A stretch of DNA of 55,087 nt from Bacteroidota bacterium (GTDB lineage Bacteria; Bacteroidota; Bacteroidia; Bacteroidales; UBA4417), in assembly GCA_037128115.1 (NCBI GenBank), contig JBAXXB010000002.1:1-55087 (forward strand). Direction: 5' to 3'. Below, one piece after another: positions 49,678 to 55,087 of the stretch (positions are counted from its first letter, which is position 1; each line of letters opens with the position of its first letter). Below the pieces are notes generated by a model, which ran no database searches, had not been told where the DNA came from, and saw nothing but the letters and a program-made list of their open reading frames with translations. The position numbers and the translations under genes were made by a program.

Positions 49678-52505
49678 AAAAGCACCTCCGCCTGTTCGCT
49701 ACAGCCTTATTTCTTGTCATTTATCACCTTCCTTTTGCCCAGTTGGTATGGCTGAAACCCGAAAACCCTTTACCCGGTGATTCGGTGACCCTGTATTTTA
49801 ATGCGGCCGAAGGGAATAAAGTTTTAAAAGACCTTCCCGGTGAAGTATACCTGCACACTGGTATGATTACCAACCACAGCACTGACAGTCACGACTGGAA
49901 ATACGCAGTAGGTAACTGGGGAAAAGCCGACAAAGCAGTGCTGATGAAGCGTGAGGGGGCTAACCTGTTTTCGTTTCGTTTCGTCATCAATTCCTTTTAT
50001 AAACTACATTCCGACGATATTGCCCTTCAGCTGGCTTTTGTTTTCCGCAATGCCGATGGAACCCTGGTCGGCAAGACCGGGAAAAACGAAGATATACTTG
50101 TCCCGGTTAACGGCTATAAGCCTAAAGTGGAAGAACCCAACTCAGGAAATAAAGAAATACACCATCTTGTCCGGGTGGAACAGGCGGTTTCAAGCTGGAA
50201 TATTTATATCGAGAAAGGACTTATCTCTGTCCGGCCGTATTCAGAGGGCCTGGTCGAAGTAACGTATTCCCCCGAAAGCAACCCACAGCCCGATCCTTCC
50301 CATTCGGTGATCATGCTACCAGGAAAGGTTTCACTCACTTCGCAGCAGCTTCCTTCCGGGTATTTACTCCGCAACGGGCAAATGACCATTGCCGTCAATG
50401 CCGATCCTTTTTACCTCACGTATATTTATAAGGGAGATACCTTGCTGAGCGAAGAATGCGGGTTTTTCAGCAATCCGGGAAACACTGGTGTACGCCTGGC
50501 ATTAAAACCAGGCGAAAGGGTTTACGGGGCCGGCGAAAGAGCACTGCCTATGGATCGCCGCGGGAAAAAGCTTGTATTGTATAACAGGCCTTCTTACGGT
50601 TACGAATACGGGGCTTCCAACCTGAATTACTCGGTTCCCATGACCATTTCGTCGCGTAAGTATGCCATTCTTTTCGATAACCCCCAGAAGGGATATGTGG
50701 ATATAGGCAGCACGCAAGCCTCTGTGACCGAATGGGGTTCTATAGGCGGCACCGCACGCTATTACCTGATTGCAGGCAGTTCTTATCCCGAAATCATGAG
50801 TTCGTATACCCAACTCACGGGCCGGCAGCCCCTGCCTCCGCGCTGGGCATTGGGAAACCTCCAGAGCCGCATGGCCTACCGCAACCAGCGGGAAACCGAC
50901 AGCATAGTGACACTAATGAAGAAAAAAGACTTCCCTATTGATGCCATCATCCTCGATTTCTACTGGTTTGGTGACAGCATACAGGGCCACCTGGGCAACC
51001 TCGACTGGTATAAAAAAGCCTGGCCCGATCCCGCAGGGATGATAGCGAAATTCAGGAATCAGGGCATTAAAACCATCCTTATCACAGAACCCTACGTTAT
51101 CGATACCGTTGCCAATTATAAAGATGCAGCCGCTAAAGGCGTGTTTGTCACCGATAGCCTGGGCCGGCCTTATGTCGACAAGCAGTTTTATTTCGGCTTC
51201 GGCAGCCTGATCGATATTTTTAAACCCGAAGCCCGCGATTGGTTCTGGCTGAAGTACAAAAAACAAATTGACATGGGAATCGCTGCCTGGTGGGGCGACC
51301 TTGGTGAGCCGGAAAGCCATCCCGCCGATATACGCCACGTTAACGGCAAAGCCGATCAGGTACACAATATTTATGGTCATTACTGGGATAAGATGTTATT
51401 TGAGAAATATGCCGAAAACTACCCTGGCACCCGTTTGTTCCACCTTCAGCGCTCAGGTTTTGCAGGTTCGCAACGGTATGCAGCCTATCCATGGACCGGG
51501 GATGTTTCGCGCAGCTGGGGCGGGTTGCAGGCGCAGCTTCCTTTATTGCTGACCATGGGTATGAATGGACTTGGATATATACATTCCGATGCAGGTGGTT
51601 TTGCCATGGGTGTGCGCGATGATGAGTTGTATACCCGCTGGCTGCAGTTTGCAGTTTTTACACCCATACTCAGGCCTCACGGTTCCGGCATCCCGAGCGA
51701 AGCGGTTTACTTCAGCGAAAAAACACAGGATATTGTCCGAAACTATATGAAGCTGCGTTATGCCATGCTGCCGTATAATTATACGCTGGCATACGAAAAT
51801 GCCACAACCGGATCGCCCCTGATGCGCCCGCTGTTTTACGGGTATCCTAATGATACGGCGGCTTGCCGGGTTGAAGATGAATACCTTTGGGGCGATAACC
51901 TGCTTGTTGCGCCTGTACTTCAAAAGGAAAAGACATCCCGCAGCATTTACCTTCCCGAAGGCCGCTGGTACGAATTTCATTCCGGCATTGAGTACGCCGG
52001 GAATACGCGTTTCGAATTGCCGCTGACGATTGAAAATATTCCTGTTTTTGCCAAAGCTGGTAGTTTTATTCCTATGGCAAAACCTGTAGTTTCTACCGAT
52101 TATTACAAAGCCGGTGAATATAATGTGCGATATTACCCGGGAGAGCCCTCCACATTTGTACAATATGAAGATAACGGCCTCGACAGTAAATCCCTGCTTG
52201 GAGGCAAATATGAACTGATCACATACAAAGGATCGAGAGAATCATTAAAGACCAAGGTTTCAATATCAAAAACCGGCTCTTGGCCTGGTATGCCGGCAAG
52301 CCGTATCATGGTGCTGGAAATCAGGATGAATACGCAGCCTTCGCTTGTAACAGTAAATGGAAAAGCCGTGAAGGTCACCCTCGAAAACGGGAAACCGGCA
52401 GTAACTAAGACTTCCTGTACTTTCGATGACAAATGGCTCCGCCTCCGTTTTACCTGGGATGGAAAACCAATGAATATTGAAATCGTGGATAGCAAAAGGA
52501 TGTAA
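49674..52505 (+). CDS. GH31 alpha-glucosidase-like enzyme with N-terminal Ig/CBM-like extension
   Basis: ATGA overlap with the upstream GH13 gene. Signal peptide. GH31 blocks ILDFYWFGD, AAWWGDLGEPE, HNIYGHYW and YPWTGDVSRSW. Confidence 0.88.
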   Translation: MKKHLRLFATALFLVIYHLPFAQLVWLKPENPLPGDSVTLYFNAAEGNKVLKDLPGEVYLHTGMITNHSTDSHDWKYAVGNWGKADKAVLMKREGANLFSFRFVINSFYKLHSDDIALQLAFVFRNADGTLVGKTGKNEDILVPVNGYKPKVEEPNSGNKEIHHLVRVEQAVSSWNIYIEKGLISVRPYSEGLVEVTYSPESNPQPDPSHSVIMLPGKVSLTSQQLPSGYLLRNGQMTIAVNADPFYLTYIYKGDTLLSEECGFFSNPGNTGVRLALKPGERVYGAGERALPMDRRGKKLVLYNRPSYGYEYGASNLNYSVPMTISSRKYAILFDNPQKGYVDIGSTQASVTEWGSIGGTARYYLIAGSSYPEIMSSYTQLTGRQPLPPRWALGNLQSRMAYRNQRETDSIVTLMKKKDFPIDAIILDFYWFGDSIQGHLGNLDWYKKAWPDPAGMIAKFRNQGIKTILITEPYVIDTVANYKDAAAKGVFVTDSLGRPYVDKQFYFGFGSLIDIFKPEARDWFWLKYKKQIDMGIAAWWGDLGEPESHPADIRHVNGKADQVHNIYGHYWDKMLFEKYAENYPGTRLFHLQRSGFAGSQRYAAYPWTGDVSRSWGGLQAQLPLLLTMGMNGLGYIHSDAGGFAMGVRDDELYTRWLQFAVFTPILRPHGSGIPSEAVYFSEKTQDIVRNYMKLRYAMLPYNYTLAYENATTGSPLMRPLFYGYPNDTAACRVEDEYLWGDNLLVAPVLQKEKTSRSIYLPEGRWYEFHSGIEYAGNTRFELPLTIENIPVFAKAGSFIPMAKPVVSTDYYKAGEYNVRYYPGEPSTFVQYEDNGLDSKSLLGGKYELITYKGSRESLKTKVSISKTGSWPGMPASRIMVLEIRMNTQPSLVTVNGKAVKVTLENGKPAVTKTSCTFDDKWLRLRFTWDGKPMNIEIVDSKRM

Positions 52506-52559
52506 TGTTTGAGTCAGAATGTGTGTTGTAATATCTGAATGTCATTTAACCCATGAACG

Positions 52560-52980
52560 CGAAGCATTGAACTCTTTTAACTTTTGAACTCTTCGAACCT
52601 TTAAACTTTTATACACTAAAACCACTAAGGCACTAAGAACACCAAGAGACACTAAGACAACAGACGGGCAAACAAGACTTACTGAAACCCTTGAAACACT
52701 GTAACACTGTAACTCTTTGAACCTTTGAACTCTTTGAACCCTTTGAACCTTTGAACTCTTCGAACCTTTGAACTCTTCGAACCTTTGAACCCTTGAACCC
52801 TTGAACCCTTTGAACCTTTGAACTCTTCGAACCTTTGAACTCTTTGAACCCTTTGAACCTTTGAACCTTTGAACTCTTTGAACCTTTGAACCTTTGAACT
52901 CTTCGAACCTTTGAACTCTTCGAACCCTTCTAACCCTTCGAACCCTTTGAACCCTTCCAACCCCTAAAACCCTTCAAACA
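52560..52980. repeat. Composite simple-repeat region: about 28 contiguous 8/9-bp units GAAC(C/T)(C)TT(T/C) (52720-52957) plus degenerate flanks with CACTAAG x3 and AACACTGT x2
   Basis: Read directly from the sequence: GAACCTTT, GAACTCTT(C/T), GAACCCTT(T) in irregular order. It fills almost the whole 484-bp gap between GH31 and the next GH13 gene. Confidence 0.9.
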
Positions 52981-52989
52981 ATTACATAT

Positions 52990-54372
52990 ATGAAAACATT
53001 AACCAAATCCTTCCTTATGCTTTGCTGCATATCCTTTCTTTTTGCCGGCTGCAAGACCAAAACTACTTTATCAGATGTTAAAGCCAATTACCCCGACTGG
53101 GTCAAAAACGCGGTAATATACGAGGTAAATGTCAGGCAGTATACTCCCGAAGGCACTTTCAAGGCTTTTGAAGCCAGCCTGCCCCGACTTAAAGAACTGG
53201 GTGTCGATATTCTGTGGATCATGCCTATCAATCCCATTGGCGTTAAGGACCGTAAAGTTCCTGAAGGATTTACGACAAGCCTTGGAAGTTACTATTCGGT
53301 AAAAGACTATAAGGCCATCAACCCGGAATTCGGAACGGAAGCCGATTTCAAAGAGCTGGTTACCAAGGCTCACGAAATGGGGTTTAAGGTTATCATCGAC
53401 TGGGTTGCCAACCACTCTTCGCGCGACAATGCCTGGATAACCGAGCATCCTGACTGGTATATGAAGGACAGCACCGGGAAAATCCTGGCGCCTTTCGACT
53501 GGACCGACGTGGCTAAACTGGACTATGCCAATAAGGATCTGCGCGTTGCGATGATTGATGCCATGAAATATTGGGTTGAAAAGTGCGATATTGACGGTTT
53601 CCGCTGTGACGTAGCCGGTGAAGTTCCTGTTGATTTCTGGGAAACGGCCCGCGTGGAACTCGAAAAGACCAAACCCATGTTTATGCTGGCCGAGAACGAG
53701 GACAAGCCGGAACTCTGCAAAAAAGCATTCGACGCCAACTACGCATGGAATATGTGCAATGGCACCCTGGCGAATGTTGCCAAGGGTAAAGATTCCATTT
53801 CACAGATAATCCGCCAGGTCATGAAAGTGGATTCCCTGATGCCTAAAAATACCATGCAGATGAATTTTGTCACCAACCACGACGAAAATTCATGGAACGG
53901 AACCGTAACCGAAAAGTTCGGCGACGGGGCCAAGGCATTCGCAATCCTAACCTACACACTGCCAGGTATGCCTTTGATTTACAGCGGGCAGGAAGCCGGG
54001 CTCAACAAACGCCTGAAATTCTTCACCAAGGACACCATCAACTGGGATAATAAGGAACTGGTTCCTTTCTACCAGACCCTGAACAAGTTACGGCACAGCA
54101 ACGAAGCCCTGCAGAGCCCTCCTTTTGGCGGCATATTTGAGAAAATAAATAACAGCGAACCTAAGAAAGTACTGAGTTTCGTTCGCGCCAAAGGCAGCAC
54201 AAAGGTGCTTGTATTGCTGAACCTTTCAGATACTCCGGTTACATTTTCACTGAAAGGCGACGTTGTTAAGGACAGCTACACCGATGTTTTCGGAACAGCT
54301 GACAGCACCCCTAAAATCAGTGTGCCGGTTAGCCTCGAAGCCTGGGGCTTTAGAGTACTGGAAACAAAATAA
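52990..54372 (+). CDS. GH13 alpha-amylase family lipoprotein
   Basis: Lipobox LFAGCKT. GH13 regions VIIDWVANHSS, DIDGFRCDVA, MLAENE and FVTNHDEN. Confidence 0.88.
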   Translation: MKTLTKSFLMLCCISFLFAGCKTKTTLSDVKANYPDWVKNAVIYEVNVRQYTPEGTFKAFEASLPRLKELGVDILWIMPINPIGVKDRKVPEGFTTSLGSYYSVKDYKAINPEFGTEADFKELVTKAHEMGFKVIIDWVANHSSRDNAWITEHPDWYMKDSTGKILAPFDWTDVAKLDYANKDLRVAMIDAMKYWVEKCDIDGFRCDVAGEVPVDFWETARVELEKTKPMFMLAENEDKPELCKKAFDANYAWNMCNGTLANVAKGKDSISQIIRQVMKVDSLMPKNTMQMNFVTNHDENSWNGTVTEKFGDGAKAFAILTYTLPGMPLIYSGQEAGLNKRLKFFTKDTINWDNKELVPFYQTLNKLRHSNEALQSPPFGGIFEKINNSEPKKVLSFVRAKGSTKVLVLLNLSDTPVTFSLKGDVVKDSYTDVFGTADSTPKISVPVSLEAWGFRVLETK

Positions 54373-54392
54373 TTCTTTGACTTAACAGCTCT

Positions 54393-54430
54393 ACCACCCT
54401 TCCTGTTACCAGGATAGGGTGGTTTTTTTT
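54393..54430 (+). terminator. Rho-independent terminator after the GH13 lipoprotein gene
   Basis: ACCACCCT-(15 nt)-AGGGTGGT followed by T8, about 20 nt after the stop. Confidence 0.85.
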
Positions 54431-54478
54431 AATGAAAATTGAAAATCCGAACCTGACAACGGGCAATTCAAGTGAAAT

Positions 54479-55087
54479 CTATTTATTTGCAGTGGAAAAC
54501 GTCAGGAGGTTATGCGGCTCGAACAGGAAGTATGCCTTGTTGTTGAACACAAACTGGTACGCAATATCCTGGTAGAATTGAGTGTTGTACGAGGTTCCCA
54601 TGAAATTGGAAAACTCCGGCCTGTATATCAGTTGTTTATTCGGCATGTCCAACTCGTAAACCTTACACTCGTTAGTACAGTAAAAACGGTTATTCAGCAT
54701 AAAGAAACAGGCACTCATATCACTTAAACCAGGTATGTCAACTACAGAAAAGGTTTCGGTAAGCAGGTCGAACTTATAGAGGATACTGTTCGTAGCGGAT
54801 TTGTAAAAGTAATAATCGCCCATGTAATTGAACACCGAAGTAGTTGCCGAAAAAGAAGGAACCACGCAGTCGGACATGGTCCAGGAATCTGTAGAGGGGT
54901 TGTAAATTCCTTTTTTGTTGCTCCCGCCCAGGAAGGCGTATATTTTGCCCGAATTCACAAAGGTGGTGATGCAGCCGTTAAAATTCGTAACAGGCAGTTG
55001 CGCCCGCGACACCCAGTTGTTATTCAGCCGGCTGTACCTGAAGAAATTAGTATTCTGTCCCCCGTTGGTTGCAAAACCCGAATACAA
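54479..55087 (-). CDS. Hypothetical protein, C-terminal part (5' end outside window), Kelch/beta-propeller-like repeats
   Basis: The frame is open to the window edge. Loose repeats GKIYAFLGGSNKKGIYNPSTDSWT, GDYYFYKSATNSILYKFD and NNRFYCTNECKVYELD. No family was recognised with confidence. Confidence 0.5.
   Translation of the reverse strand: MYSGFATNGGQNTNFFRYSRLNNNWVSRAQLPVTNFNGCITTFVNSGKIYAFLGGSNKKGIYNPSTDSWTMSDCVVPSFSATTSVFNYMGDYYFYKSATNSILYKFDLLTETFSVVDIPGLSDMSACFFMLNNRFYCTNECKVYELDMPNKQLIYRPEFSNFMGTSYNTQFYQDIAYQFVFNNKAYFLFEPHNLLTFSTANK

Noticed and set aside
52679-52960. 93-aa minus-strand ORF MEGFKGFEGLEGFEEFKGSKSSKVQRFKEF...
   Set aside because: It is the literal translation of the 8/9-bp minisatellite. 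The unit length is not a multiple of 3, the composition is repeat-driven, and it has no signal or domain. It is treated as non-coding.

Overview
This is a chromosomal segment of a Bacteroidota-type genome. That assignment is inferred from six T9SS/Por C-terminal sorting domains, a SusC/SusD pair, a FISUMP lipoprotein and TAnnTTTG-type -7 boxes. I support about 40 protein-coding genes, several disrupted genes and several unusual non-coding structures. No rRNA, tRNA, CRISPR array, transposase or integrase was recognised.

Gene content, in order:
- Three T9SS cargo genes, the third a secreted CotH kinase. It is followed by a VTC (polyphosphate-polymerase-like) / DUF4956 / DUF2490-like membrane set.
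- A truncated LytTR regulator remnant.
- asnB, with a leader that reads like a ribosome-mediated attenuator.
- A secreted GH47 mannosidase.
- A 41-42 bp phased tandem array upstream of a 2284-aa T9SS adhesin.
- A frameshifted endonuclease I gene.
- comF-like and FKBP genes, a FISUMP lipoprotein, an LVIVD-like/beta-barrel operon, a YfcC transporter and an SNF2 helicase.
- A roughly 12 kb Sus-like locus containing no CAZymes. It is built from two S51 cyanophycinase-like peptidases, SusC, SusD, a PKD/YWTD-propeller lipoprotein, a divergent isoaspartyl dipeptidase and an M28 peptidase. An OSBS/NAAAR-family enolase and an M14 carboxypeptidase flank it.
- A GH13-GH31-GH13 alpha-glucan cluster, with a perfect LacI-type palindrome upstream and an 8/9-bp minisatellite inside.

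My top candidate for an undescribed system is the SusC/SusD locus, which I interpret as a cyanophycin / beta-aspartyl-peptide utilisation locus. Second is the CotH-VTC-DUF4956 module.

All family assignments come from reading motifs in the supplied translations. No searches were run.
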